From Escherichia coli (GTDB taxonomy: Bacteria; Pseudomonadota; Gammaproteobacteria; Enterobacterales; Enterobacteriaceae), in NCBI RefSeq assembly GCF_013315695.1, contig NZ_CP054353.1: a DNA stretch of 64,000 nucleotides; one strand, written 5' to 3'. This document shows, piece by piece, positions 45,212 to 56,501 of the stretch. Each line of letters begins with the position of its first letter. The first letter of the stretch is position 1. The notes below the pieces were generated by a model, which did no database searches, was not told the origin of the DNA, and was given only the letters and a program-made list of their open reading frames with translations. Both the position numbers and the translations under genes were made by a program.

Positions 45212-46612
45212 ATGAGTTGCTATTTGAAAGTCCTGATTTGTGCGATTGTCGCACTCGCTATATGGTTTTTCCCCGTCCCCGACGGATTAACACCCTTAAC
45301 CTGGCACATTCTGGCCATATTTATCACCACTGTGGTGGCGTTTATTCTGCAACCGTTGCCGGTGGGCGCTATCGCGTTAATAGCCATCAGTTTTATTATG
45401 CTGACCGGTATGATGAAAACCAGCGAAGCCTTAAAAGGTTTCAGCAGCACGACGGTATGGCTTATTGTCGCCGCATTCCTGTACGCGAAAGGATTCATCA
45501 AAACGGGGTTGGGGCGGCGTATCGCCTATTTGCTGATTCGCGGATTTGGCGGCAGCTCGTTGCGTCTGGGTTATACATTGGCGCTAAGCGATATGATTAT
45601 CGCGCCCGCAACGCCATCAAACACAGCGCGAGCAGGAGGGATTTTGTTCCCGATTGTTCGCAGTGTCTCTAACAGCTTTGGATCTGAACCGGATCAAGGG
45701 CCGCGTAAAATAGGCGCTTATCTGATGCAGACGGTGTTCCATTCCAACTGCCTCTCATCCTCGATGTTTATGACGGCCAGCGCGCCAAATGCACTCATTG
45801 TATCTCTGGCGGCCAGCACTTTATTTGTCGATATCTCATGGGGGATGTGGACGCTAAGCGCACTGGTGCCGGGCATTATCGCTTTTATCACTATGCCGTT
45901 GGTCATTTACAAACTCTACCCGCCAGAGATCAAAAAGACGCCAGAAGCCAAAGCGTTGGCACAGGAAGAACTTATCAAAATGGGGCCGGTAACCCGTGAT
46001 GAGCGCGTGACGATTGGCATTTTCCTGCTTTCATTATTGGCCTGGAGTACATCGAAATGGACTGGCCTGGATGCGACGGCTGTTGCGCTTTCTGGCGTCT
46101 GTTTAATGTTGATGACCCGGATTATCACCTGGCAGGATGTGCAGTCAGAGAAGGGGGCCTGGGACATTCTGGTCTGGCTGGGAGTCATGATCTGTATGGC
46201 AGATAAGCTCAATCAGCTTGGCCTGTTCAAATGGTTTGCCGTCACAACCTCGGCGCTGTTCACCGGCATTCCGTGGGAGATAACGTTGACGGTGTTGCTG
46301 ATAGTTTACTGCTATTCCCACTATTTCTTTGCCGGAAGTACGCCGCATGTAGTGGCGATGTATGCCGCTTTTGGCAGCGTCTCGGTTGCTGCTGGCGCAC
46401 CGCCGATGATGGCGGCTCTGTCACTGGCGTTCGTCACTAACCTGATGAGCGGCATTTCGCATTATGGCAACGGACCCGCAGTGATCTATTACGGCGCTGG
46501 CTATGTCTCGCAACGAGAATGGTGGCGGCTGGGCTTTATCGTCATGTTGTTGAACATTGTCATCTGGTTCGGACTGGGGGCGGTGTGGTGGAAAATTCTT
46601 GGCCTGTGGTAA
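45212..46612 (+). CDS. DASS-family anion/dicarboxylate transporter (CitT/TtdT/YbhI-like)
   Basis: ORF track 45206..46612, with ATG at 45212. Multi-TM protein with the SNTARAGG motif typical of this family. Confidence 0.8.
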   Translation: MSCYLKVLICAIVALAIWFFPVPDGLTPLTWHILAIFITTVVAFILQPLPVGAIALIAISFIMLTGMMKTSEALKGFSSTTVWLIVAAFLYAKGFIKTGLGRRIAYLLIRGFGGSSLRLGYTLALSDMIIAPATPSNTARAGGILFPIVRSVSNSFGSEPDQGPRKIGAYLMQTVFHSNCLSSSMFMTASAPNALIVSLAASTLFVDISWGMWTLSALVPGIIAFITMPLVIYKLYPPEIKKTPEAKALAQEELIKMGPVTRDERVTIGIFLLSLLAWSTSKWTGLDATAVALSGVCLMLMTRIITWQDVQSEKGAWDILVWLGVMICMADKLNQLGLFKWFAVTTSALFTGIPWEITLTVLLIVYCYSHYFFAGSTPHVVAMYAAFGSVSVAAGAPPMMAALSLAFVTNLMSGISHYGNGPAVIYYGAGYVSQREWWRLGFIVMLLNIVIWFGLGAVWWKILGLW

Positions 46613-46647
46613 GTGGCCTGCGACAAACATCAATCAAGGAATAGTGT

Positions 46648-47607
46648 ATGAACTTAAAAGATATTCAAGTGGCGATCGTCGGCAAACTAAGTGATCGCTT
46701 AATGGCTAAAGTTGAATCTACCTTCACCGCATATCGCCTGTGGGAACTGGCTGATGAAGGCGCTTTTTACACGCAAATCGCGCCGGATATTCAGGCGCTG
46801 GTGACCAGTGGTAATCCGGTAATGGGGGCTTCTCGGGCGCTAATAGAAAAATTTCCGAATCTGAAGATTATTGCCAGCAACGGTGTGGGTTATGACCCTA
46901 TTGATATCGTGGCAGCCAGGGAGCATGGCGTTATCGTCACCAACACACCTGGCGTGCTTAATGACTGTGTCGCAGACATTGGTATAGCGTTGTTACTCAA
47001 TGTTGCCCGACGTATTAACATTGCCGATCGTTATGTTCGTGACGGCCGTTGGCCAAACGAGGGGCGTTTCCCGATGGCGACGAAAGTGAGTGGCAAACGT
47101 TGCGGAATTGTCGGTCTGGGGAACATTGGTAACGCAGTAGCCCGCCGTGCAGCAGCATTTGAAATGGAAATTCACTATTTCGACCCAAAACCGCATAACA
47201 AACCTGATTGGACGGCGCATGATTCGTTGGTTTCTCTGGCGCAAGCGGTGGACTTCCTCGTTCTGACGCTGCCAGGCGGCGCGAGTACGCGCGGCGTTAT
47301 TGACAAAACGGTGCTGCAGGCTCTGGGGAAAACCGGGCATTTGATCAGTATTTCCCGGGGATCAGTGGTGAACGAAACCGATCTGATTGATGCTCTGCAA
47401 AATAACATTATTGCTGGTGCGGCACTGGACGTTTATGCCAACGAACCACATGTGCCAGAACAATTAATGTCGCTGGATAACGTTGTCCTTACGCCACATA
47501 TCGCCAGTGGTACGAGCGAAACGTTTAATGCGATGGCGGATTTGGTATTTGATAACTTACAGGCTTTCTTTAGCGGACAGCCAGTTATTACCCCTGTTAC
47601 TCAATAA
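46648..47607 (+). CDS. D-isomer-specific 2-hydroxyacid dehydrogenase (glyoxylate/hydroxypyruvate reductase-like)
   Basis: ORF track, 319 aa. NAD fold GIVGLGNIGNAVARR, followed by SRGSVVNE...TPHIAS. Confidence 0.8.
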   Translation: MNLKDIQVAIVGKLSDRLMAKVESTFTAYRLWELADEGAFYTQIAPDIQALVTSGNPVMGASRALIEKFPNLKIIASNGVGYDPIDIVAAREHGVIVTNTPGVLNDCVADIGIALLLNVARRINIADRYVRDGRWPNEGRFPMATKVSGKRCGIVGLGNIGNAVARRAAAFEMEIHYFDPKPHNKPDWTAHDSLVSLAQAVDFLVLTLPGGASTRGVIDKTVLQALGKTGHLISISRGSVVNETDLIDALQNNIIAGAALDVYANEPHVPEQLMSLDNVVLTPHIASGTSETFNAMADLVFDNLQAFFSGQPVITPVTQ

Positions 47608-47617
47608 GGCGGAAAAT

Positions 47618-48097
47618 ATGATTTATGGTGATATCGCGTATCTTAGTGAACAACAAAAGCGGACATTTCATCCTGTCATCACTCGTGTCATTGAGTATCT
47701 TTCACAACATGATCTGAATAGTCTTCCTGTGGGAGAGAAGGTTTTTATTCAGGATGACTCAATATTTTATACCGTGGTTGAACCGATGACTAAACCACTA
47801 CATGAATGTCGACCGGAAGTTCATCGTAAATATCTTGATGTCCATTTTTTAATTGCCGGAGAAGAGCGGATTTGTGTGGATTTTGATGATGGGGAAAACT
47901 CGGTTGTAGAAAGCCACCTGGGCGACCGTGATGTTATTTTTTATGCTGATGAACGTATTAATGATCGAATCATCACGCTGACACCAGGACAGTTTGTGGT
48001 GGTCTTTCCGGAAGAAGTGCATCGGGCATGCTATAAAATCGATAACGTGGAAAAAATCAAAAAAACAGTCGTGAAAATCGACATGAGTTTATTATAG
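47618..48097 (+). CDS. YhcH/YjgK/YiaL-family (DUF386) protein
   Basis: Frame of ORF 47483..48097. Start set to ATG 47618 (MIYGDIAYLSEQQ). EVHRKYLDVHFLIAGEE and VFPEEVHRA patterns. Confidence 0.7.
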   Translation: MIYGDIAYLSEQQKRTFHPVITRVIEYLSQHDLNSLPVGEKVFIQDDSIFYTVVEPMTKPLHECRPEVHRKYLDVHFLIAGEERICVDFDDGENSVVESHLGDRDVIFYADERINDRIITLTPGQFVVVFPEEVHRACYKIDNVEKIKKTVVKIDMSLL

Positions 48098-48109
48098 GCG
48101 GAGCTGGCT

Positions 48110-48853
48110 ATGACAAAAATTGCCCTGGTGACGGGGGGAAGTAAAGGCATCGGCTACGCAGCAGCAAAGGCACTCTATGACATTGGATATACAGTTATTG
48201 TTGCCGCGCGTAACGAAGAAACCTTACAGCAATGTGCACAAGGATTAGCCAAGGAACGCTTTATTCCTCTGGTTGCCGATGTCACGGATGAGTCCGCTGT
48301 CGTTGCGCTATTTGCCGAGATTAAGGCTCTTTTTGGTCGACTGGATCTCTTGTTCAATAATGCGGGCAATAATAGTCCGGCAAAAAGTATTGAAGAGGTT
48401 GAGTTTACTGAGTGGACGCGCGTGTTTAACGCCAATATTCATTCGACATTTTTGTGTTCGAAAGAGGCGATTAAAATCATGAAAGCGCAGCAGCCAATGG
48501 GAGGACGTATTATTAACAATGCGTCGATTTCTGCACTGACGCCGCGCCTCTATACTGCGCCATACACGGCGTCGAAACATGCTGTTACCGGGTTGACCAA
48601 GGCCATTTCCCTGGATTGTCGCAAATTTAATATCGCTTGCGGGCAAATTAATATCGGCAATGCGGAAACGACATTATCGAATCGGATGCGTAAGGGCGTT
48701 TATCAGGCAGATGGTGCTATTAAAGCGGAAGATATGATGAATGTTGCTGATGTTGCAGCGACCATTCAGATGATGGCTCAGTTGCCAGTAACCACGAATG
48801 TGCTGGAAATAACGATTATGGCAAATAATATGCCGTATGTCGGACGTGGTTAA
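48110..48853 (+). CDS. Short-chain dehydrogenase/reductase
   Basis: ORF track, 247 aa. TGGSKGIG and YTASKHAV (YxxxK) motifs. Confidence 0.85.
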   Translation: MTKIALVTGGSKGIGYAAAKALYDIGYTVIVAARNEETLQQCAQGLAKERFIPLVADVTDESAVVALFAEIKALFGRLDLLFNNAGNNSPAKSIEEVEFTEWTRVFNANIHSTFLCSKEAIKIMKAQQPMGGRIINNASISALTPRLYTAPYTASKHAVTGLTKAISLDCRKFNIACGQINIGNAETTLSNRMRKGVYQADGAIKAEDMMNVADVAATIQMMAQLPVTTNVLEITIMANNMPYVGRG

Positions 48854-48865
48854 TCGAGATTGAAT

Positions 48866-48899
48866 AAAGCACCTTGCGTGTAAGGTGCTTTATTATTTA
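48866..48899. terminator. Bidirectional terminator between the islet operon and fadK
   Basis: AAAGCACCTT-GCGTGT-AAGGTGCTTT flanked by A/T runs. Confidence 0.7.
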
Positions 48900-49175
48900 T
48901 GACTTATGCCTCAACGCATGTTTGTTCCAGCCGTTGAAGAATATCTTTACGTAACAAAAATTTTTGTATTTTACCGGAGGCAGTGCGCGGTAGTTTTTCG
49001 ATTACCACGATATGTTCAGGATATTTATATTTCGCGACCCGTTTACGGCTAAAAAATGCCACTACATCTTCCAGCGATAATGAATGATGCGGTGCTTTCA
49101 GCACGACATAAGCGCATGAAGGTGATGCTGCCAACTTACTGATTTAGCGTATGATGGTGTTTTTGAGGTGCTCCA

Positions 49176-49451
49176 GTGGCTTCTGTTTCTATCAGCTGTC
49201 CCTCCTGTTCAGCTACTGACGGAGTGGTGCGTAACGGCAAAAGCACCGCCGGACATCAGCGCTATCTCTGCTCTCACTGCCGTAAAACATGGCAACTGCA
49301 GTTCACTTACACCGCTTCTCAACCCGGTACGCACCAGAAAATCATTGATATGGCCATGAATGGCGTTGGATGCCGGGCAACAGCCCGCATTATGGGCGTT
49401 GGCCTCAACACGATTTTACGTCACTTAAAAAACTCAGGCCGCAGTCGGTAA
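49176..49451 (+). CDS. insA: IS1 InsA
   Basis: ORF track; recognised InsA ([23 protein letters not shown]...). Confidence 0.95.
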
Positions 49452-49873
49452 CCTCGCGCATACAGCCGGGCAGTGACGTCATCGTCTGCGCGGAAATGGA
49501 CGAACAGTGGGGCTATGTCGGGGCTAAATCGCGCCAGCGCTGGCTGTTTTACGCGTATGACAGGCTCCGGAAGACGGTTGTTGCGCACGTATTCGGTGAA
49601 CGCACTATGGCGACGCTGGGGCGTCTTATGAGCCTGCTGTCACCCTTTGACGTGGTGATATGGATGACGGATGGCTGGCCGCTGTATGAATCCCGCCTGA
49701 AGGGAAAGCTGCACGTAATCAGCAAGCGATATACGCAGCGAATTGAGCGGCATAACCTGAATCTGAGGCAGCACCTGGCACGGCTGGGACGGAAGTCGCT
49801 GTCGTTCTCAAAATCGGTGGAGCTGCATGACAAAGTCATCGGGCATTATCTGAACATAAAACACTATCAATAA
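49176..49873 (+). CDS. insAB: IS1 InsAB' transposase (-1 frameshift at A6C, 49427..49433)
   Basis: The InsB frame is ORF 49370..49873. The slippery TTAAAAAACTC lies in the insA/insB overlap, as known for IS1. Confidence 0.85.
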
Positions 49874-51377
49874 GTTGGAGTCATTACCGCGCATGAACGT
49901 TCACCTAAACGTTCATCGGGCATCGCAACCACACAGGCATCGTGAATTTTAGGATGCTGCAATAAAATATCTTCTACTTCACGGCTGCTAATATTTTCGC
50001 CGCCGCGGACAATAATATCTTTCTTGCGCCCGGTTATTTTTATATAGCCAGCCTCATCCATGCGGCAGAGATCGCCGCTGTAATACCAGCCTTCTTCATC
50101 CAGCGCACGGGCGGTTAATTCAGGTTCATCAAAATACCCCATAAACACATTGGGGCCACGCGAGGCTTCTTCACCTTCGCAACCTGGCGGTAAGGTCTTG
50201 CGTGCGTCATCGACCACTTTAATCTCTACACCTGCGGCAGCGTAACCATCGGTGTGCATAAAGCGCGACAAAGGATCATCGAGATTCACCACCGCATGCG
50301 GCGAACTTTCTGTGGAACCATAAACACTTAATAATTTAATGCCGCGCTGCTGGCATTCACGCGCCACTTTTTTGGGGATTGTGGTACCGCCGCAAAGAAA
50401 GAAACGCAGCGCTGAAAGGTCTGCGGGCTGTTTCTCTAGTAAATTCAAAAGATCATAGACAAACGGCGTTGCGCCGAGCATACAGGTGCAACGCTGCTGC
50501 TCAAGCAGCGCGAGACACGCAGCAGGAGTGAAAATATCTAACAACACGCTGCGAGCACCAATTAAAAATGGTGCTGTTACGCCATGCAGAAAGCCCGTTG
50601 CGTGACCAAGTGGCGCAGGCATCATAAAGACATCCTGCCAGGTCAGATTCAGCCGCGCGCAATAAGCCCGCTCACTGGCGAGAATATTGTTATGCGTTAG
50701 CATCACGCCCTTTGGCAGACCCTCGGTTCCGGAGGTAAACAGCACCGCGGCTAATTCATCGCCGTGGACCGTTATCGCCGTGGTCAGAGGAGTATTGTCG
50801 GCGATAATCTGACTTAATGAGAGGGAAGAGGTGGCGGGAGCCAGTTTGTCCACGCCGACAATTTGTTGTAGTTGTGGAAGCTGATTTTGCAGTGGCAGGA
50901 TTAAATCTACCGGACGCGTTTGTTTAAACAACGTCGGTGCAAAGAACATTTTTGCCTGACACTTATTGAGCACCCACACCAGTTCTGCTTCCCGCCAGGA
51001 AGGTAACAGCGGCACGGAAACCGCACCGGTTTTCAGGCAGGCAAGATAGATAACGGTAAATTCACACCAGCCTGGCAGTTGAAATGCGATGCGATCGCCT
51101 GATTCAATACCCTTCGCTAACATCCAGTTTGCCAGACAGCTCGCGGCGTGATCGAGCGCGCTATAGGTGTACGTTGCACCATGATTGTCGACCACGGCAA
51201 TTTTGTCTGGCATCGCACGAGCGGTCTGCTGCCAGTAATCGGCCAGTGAAGCATCGCCCCATAACCCTTGCTGACGATACGCCGCACGACGTTGTTCGTT
51301 AAACGTTAATGTCACTTTCATTTTGGACTCTCGAAACAGAACATCAGGCCCGAGATGCGGGCCTGTGGGATGCATGA

Positions 51378-51671
51378 TTAGCCGTAGCGAAAATCAATAC
51401 CGAAGGTGCCTGCGGGATATTGCCACTGTTCGAGAATAGTGTTACCGCACAGCACCCGACAGGTGCCGCACTCCAGACAACCGGCGGAATCGAAATGAAT
51501 GTTTCCTGCGTCATCCTGCTTATAAAGTCCGGCAGGGCAGGCTTTCATTAATTTACGGAATTCATTGATATCGGGATTTGCCGCCAAAATGATATGCGGG
51601 TGGCCCTCATCAACATGGAATTTATTGACGCCTAATTTGATGTCGACGTTAACCGTAGCGTTCTGGCTCAT
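51378..51671 (-). CDS. ydiT: Ferredoxin-like protein YdiT
   Basis: ORF track, 97 aa; recognised. Confidence 0.93.
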   Translation of the reverse strand: MSQNATVNVDIKLGVNKFHVDEGHPHIILAANPDINEFRKLMKACPAGLYKQDDAGNIHFDSAGCLECGTCRVLCGNTILEQWQYPAGTFGIDFRYG

Positions 51672-52957
51672 AGCGCGGTTGCTCCCTTAATGCCATCTTT
51701 CAGCAAGTTGATCAGCCCAATTTTCTTCGCGTGTCCCATGATCATTTTGCGTACCGGCTGGTTTGGTTTGCCGTCAATGGTGAACATCTCGTTCATGATG
51801 TCGGCTACCATTCGTGGGTATTGGCTAAACAGGCGCGGGTTTTCCATCAGCGCCGGGATCTTGCGGAAATGCTGCATATCGCGCATAACACAACTTTGTT
51901 CCAGCTCACGTTTGTATTGCGCAAGACTGCTGGCGGAGAAATCCGCGCGTTCTTTGGCGGCAATCACTGTTGTGGCGGCAGCCTGAGCTGATGCAATGGC
52001 TAAATCCATGCCGCGAACTGTAAAACCCAAATTCAGGCAGAAGCCTGCGGCGTCACCAACGATAATCACGCCATCGTTAACCAGCTGCGGCACCATCGCC
52101 AGACCGCCTTCCGGTACCATATGCGCGGAGTATTCAAGCAGTTTGCCGCCGCTAATCAGCGGGCGAATGGCGGGGTGTTGTTTAAAATCTTCCAGCATTT
52201 GCGGCACACTTTTTTGCGCATGGGCGATATCACCCAATCCACAAACCAGCCCCAACGATACGGAATCCTTGTTGGTATAGAGAAATCCGCCACCCATCAG
52301 GCCGTCCGAAGGGGAACCGGCAAACAGCCAGGCGGCACCTTCCTCGCCCGTAATATTAAAGCGATCGTTGATCTGTTCTGGTGTGAGGCCAATAACCTCT
52401 TTAACACCAACAGCGTAATGATGCGGATCGGAAGCGGGAACCATTCCCAGCGAGCGGCCAAGCATCGAGTTAACGCCATCAGCCAGAATCACCACATTCG
52501 CTTCAAGAACATCATCCCCGGCCTGAACGCCAGTGACCTTGTTTCCTTCACGAACCAGCGCATCGACACGAACGCCCGGGATAAACTGCGCGCCAGCCTG
52601 TTCGGCTTGTTCCATCAACCACGGGTCCAGACGATTACGCAATACGGTATAAGACGCGTGTTGCGGAACATCTGATTGCTCGCGGTGAAAATCGAGGGTA
52701 ACGGCACTCTCTTTGGTTAAGAAGGAGATTTTCTCGCGTGTGACCTTGCGTTCTACTGGCGCTGATGCTGCAAAGCCTGGAATGATTGCTTCAAGTGTGT
52801 GGGCATAAAGACGCCCGCCGGTCATGTTTTTACATCCGGCACTGTCGCCGCGTTCTATCACCAGGACATCCAGCCCGGCTCGCGCCATGACCAGTGCGGC
52901 AACGCTACCGGCAACGCCCGCACCGACCACAATGGCATCAAATTTGTCATCCGACAT
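51668..52957 (-). CDS. ydiS: ETF-quinone oxidoreductase-like flavoprotein YdiS
   Basis: ORF track, 429 aa. FAD fold DAIVVGAGVAG. Confidence 0.95.
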   Translation of the reverse strand: MSDDKFDAIVVGAGVAGSVAALVMARAGLDVLVIERGDSAGCKNMTGGRLYAHTLEAIIPGFAASAPVERKVTREKISFLTKESAVTLDFHREQSDVPQHASYTVLRNRLDPWLMEQAEQAGAQFIPGVRVDALVREGNKVTGVQAGDDVLEANVVILADGVNSMLGRSLGMVPASDPHHYAVGVKEVIGLTPEQINDRFNITGEEGAAWLFAGSPSDGLMGGGFLYTNKDSVSLGLVCGLGDIAHAQKSVPQMLEDFKQHPAIRPLISGGKLLEYSAHMVPEGGLAMVPQLVNDGVIIVGDAAGFCLNLGFTVRGMDLAIASAQAAATTVIAAKERADFSASSLAQYKRELEQSCVMRDMQHFRKIPALMENPRLFSQYPRMVADIMNEMFTIDGKPNQPVRKMIMGHAKKIGLINLLKDGIKGATAL

Positions 52958-53012
52958 GCGTTATGCTCCCTTCCCGCTGCGTTTACAGCGGGAGATGTGG
53001 TTGAAAGGGGAA

Positions 53013-53951
53013 TTAGCGGCTCAACTGGCTAATCAGGGCAGGGACGACTTTGTAGATATCGCCCACCAGACCGTAGTCGGCATAGTTGAAGATTGGCGCA
53101 TTTTTATCTTTATTGATGGCGACAATCACTTTTGCGCCGTTGCCGCCAACCATATGTTGGATCTGCCCGGAGATCCCCAGCGTCAGGTAGAGATCGGATT
53201 TCAGCAACACGCCGGAGACACCGATATAACGTTCACGCTCCATCCAGTTCTCGCCTTCGGCAATTGGACGTGAACAGCCGACTTCAGCATTCAGCACTGC
53301 CGCCAGTTCGTGGACCATTTTCAGGTCATCCTGCGCCGCCAGACCACGACCGACGCCAACCACACGTTTTGCTTTGCTCAGGTCCACGCTGCTTGCCGCT
53401 TTCGCACGGCGTTCGCGACAGAGAATTTCATGACGCGGGGCAACATAAGGTACCGTTTCTGTCGGGCACTGATGAGAGATATCACTGGTGCACGGTTCCT
53501 GAACACCGGGTGCAAGGGTAATGATTGCCAGCGGGCTGTTGATCTTTTCCTGAGCGAACGCTAACCCGCCATACATCCGGTGTTCGGCGCAAATGTGACC
53601 ATCGACAATATCCACCGCAGTGGCATCGTTCACCAGCGCCGCATTCAGTTGCACACTTAACCGTGCTGCCAGAGCTTTACCACGTTTCGTCGCGGCCAGC
53701 AGCAACATAGAAGGGTGTTTATCTTTCAGCAGGGCAGCAATGCTTTCGGCGTAATTTTCAGTACGTTGCAGCGCGTCGTTTTGCTCAAGAACATAAATGC
53801 ATTTTGGCCCATAAGGCATAACTGTCTGCGCCTGGTCGGTATTTTGTACAATGGCATACACCTGTTGGCCCCATTGCTGAGCGCCGCCAAACAGTTCAGC
53901 ATAACGTTCAGGATTATCGCTAAAGACCCAGACGCTGTTTAATTGACTCAT
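53013..53951 (-). CDS. ydiR: Electron transfer flavoprotein alpha subunit YdiR
   Basis: ORF track, 312 aa. Confidence 0.95.
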   Translation of the reverse strand: MSQLNSVWVFSDNPERYAELFGGAQQWGQQVYAIVQNTDQAQTVMPYGPKCIYVLEQNDALQRTENYAESIAALLKDKHPSMLLLAATKRGKALAARLSVQLNAALVNDATAVDIVDGHICAEHRMYGGLAFAQEKINSPLAIITLAPGVQEPCTSDISHQCPTETVPYVAPRHEILCRERRAKAASSVDLSKAKRVVGVGRGLAAQDDLKMVHELAAVLNAEVGCSRPIAEGENWMERERYIGVSGVLLKSDLYLTLGISGQIQHMVGGNGAKVIVAINKDKNAPIFNYADYGLVGDIYKVVPALISQLSR

Positions 53952-53970
53952 CGTTTCTTCTCCGTAGGCT

Positions 53971-54735
53971 TCAGTTCAGGGCTTTCTTCAGATGTTCCAC
54001 CAGCTCGGCAATGGCCTCCGGCGAATCGTTATCGAGAATGATGTGCTTACGTTCTGTTTGCGGCGGTACGCGAATGCCGGTCAGTTCAGCAAGTGGCGCG
54101 CTCTGGCTCCAGCCAATGTCACTTGCCTGCCACTGATTTACCGGTTTTTTACCCGCGCCGAGAATGGCTTTCATCGAAGGAATGCGTGGCATGTTAATAT
54201 CGGAGGTGACGCAGAGCACGGCTGGAACAGAGAGCTCAATAACTTCAACATCATCTTCAAGCGTGCGTTCAATCACCAGTGTATTGCCCTGACGCTGAAT
54301 AGCACTCACTGCATTAATCACCGGAAGTTGCAGAATTTCTCCGACCAGCAAGCCAACCTGCTGGGCATAAAGGTCGCCGGAACCTTCACCAAAGATCAGT
54401 AAATCGAAGCCGATCTTTTCAACTGCTGCCGCCAGCGCCTTTGCGGTATCGAGAGGCAGTGCATGTTCAAGTTGCGCATCCTGCACCAAATACAGGCTAT
54501 GCGGCCCGCGGGATAGCACGTCTTTACGCACTTTCGAGTTCTGCAACAATGAGCCGCCAATGGTCAGCGCGGCTATCTCATCGTCATCTGTTGCAATCTG
54601 GCTTGCAGCTTCAATGGCATTGAGATCGAACTGGCTGATTTTGGCGTCGGCATTGTCGAAATTCAGGGTATATTCTGGAGTGACAACAATGTCCTGTTCT
54701 TCAGGCACCAGCTTAAAGCAGGTTATTATTTTCAT
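53971..54735 (-). CDS. ydiQ: Electron transfer flavoprotein beta subunit YdiQ
   Basis: ORF track 53971..54834. Start set to MKIITCFKLVPEEQD. Confidence 0.93.
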   Translation of the reverse strand: MKIITCFKLVPEEQDIVVTPEYTLNFDNADAKISQFDLNAIEAASQIATDDDEIAALTIGGSLLQNSKVRKDVLSRGPHSLYLVQDAQLEHALPLDTAKALAAAVEKIGFDLLIFGEGSGDLYAQQVGLLVGEILQLPVINAVSAIQRQGNTLVIERTLEDDVEVIELSVPAVLCVTSDINMPRIPSMKAILGAGKKPVNQWQASDIGWSQSAPLAELTGIRVPPQTERKHIILDNDSPEAIAELVEHLKKALN

Positions 54736-55803
54736 GATTTCTCCTGTGAGTCGCATACGGAACCATCTCCGATGGAAGGTAAAAATGGCCTGAAAATAGT
54801 GTGCGATAGCGGTGCGGGGTTTTCGACGGAGCAAGCTGTTTTCCTTGCCAACAATCTTGCAAAAAAAATGCGATCGCTAAAACAAAAGTGCAATTTGCGG
54901 CAATATAGTTATTCCATGACCGTACAATCTTGCATTCAGTGTAAATAATCTTGTTTAGCTCTCGCTAAACGCGGTTGTATAACCGCAATACACGCCGTAT
55001 TTTATCCGGCATATATTGTTTTTGCTTGCTCATGGAATAGGGAGGTTGTCATGTATCAACGCTGTTTTGATAACGCCAGTGAAACGCTGTTTGTCGCCGG
55101 TAAAACGCCACGGCTTTCACGTTTCGCATTTAGCGATGATCCAAAATGGGAGTCCGGACATCACGTTCATGACAATGAAACCGAGCTGATTTACGTCAAG
55201 AAAGGGGTAGCAAGGTTTACCATCGATTCTTCGTTATATGTCGCGCATGCCGATGACATTGTGGTGATAGAACGTGGCAGGCTGCATGCGGTGGCCTCTG
55301 ACGTTAACGATCCGGCAACGACGTGTACCTGTGCGCTGTACGGCTTTCAGTTTCAGGGGGCTGAGGAAAATCAGCTACTGCAACCGCATTCTTGCCCGGT
55401 AATTGCCGCAGGGCAGGGAAAAGAAGTCATTAAAACCTTATTTAATGAGCTAAGTGTGATTTTGCCGCAAAGTAAAAATAGCCAAACATCTTCGTTATGG
55501 GACGCATTTGCCTATACGTTAGCAATTCTTTACTATGAAAACTTTAAAAATGCTTATCGTTCGGAGCAGGGATATATTAAAAAAGATGTTCTGATAAAAG
55601 ATATTCTTTTCTATCTGAATAATAACTATCGCGAAAAAATCACTTTAGAGCAGTTATCGAAAAAGTTTCGTGCCAGCGTCAGTTATATTTGCCATGAATT
55701 TACCAAAGAGTATCGCATTTCCCCTATTAACTATGTTATTCAACGGCGGGTGATGCTGCCAACTTACTGATTTAGTGTATGATGGTGTTTTTGAGGTGCT
55801 CCA

Positions 55804-56079
55804 GTGGCTTCTGTTTCTATCAGCTGTCCCTCCTGTTCAGCTACTGACGGGGTGGTGCGTAACGGCAAAAGCACCGCCGGACATCAGCGCTATCTCTGCT
55901 CTCACTGCCGTAAAACATGGCAACTGCAGTTCACTTACACCGCTTCTCAACCCGGTACGCACCAGAAAATCATTGATATGGCCATGAATGGCGTTGGATG
56001 CCGGGCAACAGCCCGCATTATGGGCGTTGGCCTCAACACGATTTTACGTCACTTAAAAAACTCAGGCCGCAGTCGGTAA
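55804..56079 (+). CDS. insA: IS1 InsA
   Basis: ORF track. Protein identical to copy 1. Confidence 0.95.
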
Positions 56080-56501
56080 CCTCGCGCATACAGCCGGGCA
56101 GTGACGTCATCGTCTGCGCGGAAATGGACGAACAGTGGGGCTATGTCGGGGCTAAATCGCGCCAGCGCTGGCTGTTTTACGCGTATGACAGGCTCCGGAA
56201 GACGGTTGTTGCGCACGTATTCGGTGAACGCACTATGGCGACGCTGGGGCGTCTTATGAGCCTGCTGTCACCCTTTGACGTGGTGATATGGATGACGGAT
56301 GGCTGGCCGCTGTATGAATCCCGCCTGAAGGGAAAGCTGCACGTAATCAGCAAGCGATATACGCAGCGAATTGAGCGGCATAACCTGAATCTGAGGCAGC
56401 ACCTGGCACGGCTGGGACGGAAGTCGCTGTCGTTCTCAAAATCGGTGGAGCTGCATGACAAAGTCATCGGGCATTATCTGAACATAAAACACTATCAATA
56501 A
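55804..56501 (+). CDS. insAB: IS1 InsAB' transposase (-1 frameshift at A6C, 56055..56061)
   Basis: The InsB frame is ORF 55998..56501. Confidence 0.85.

Larger units (their letters stand above)
49121..49888 (+). mobile_element. IS1: IS1 (768 bp) with 9-bp target site duplication GCGCATGAA
   Basis: Ends GGTGATGCTGCCAACTTACTGAT ... ATCAATAAGTTGGAGTCATTACC. The duplication lies at 49112..49120 and 49889..49897. Confidence 0.97.
48904..51375 (-). pseudogene. fadK: Short-chain acyl-CoA synthetase FadK (YdiD), split by IS1
   Basis: ORFs 49867..51375 (N-terminal part, MHPTGPHLGPDVLFRES.MKVTLTF...) and 48904..49134 (C-terminal part, ...YVVLKAPHHSLSLEDVVAFF...) flank IS1 at 49121..49888. Confidence 0.9.

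Noticed and set aside
45142-45672. 176-aa plus-strand ORF at the start of the islet operon
   Set aside because: It overlaps the DASS transporter gene out of frame. The transporter frame has clear membrane-protein character and a family motif.
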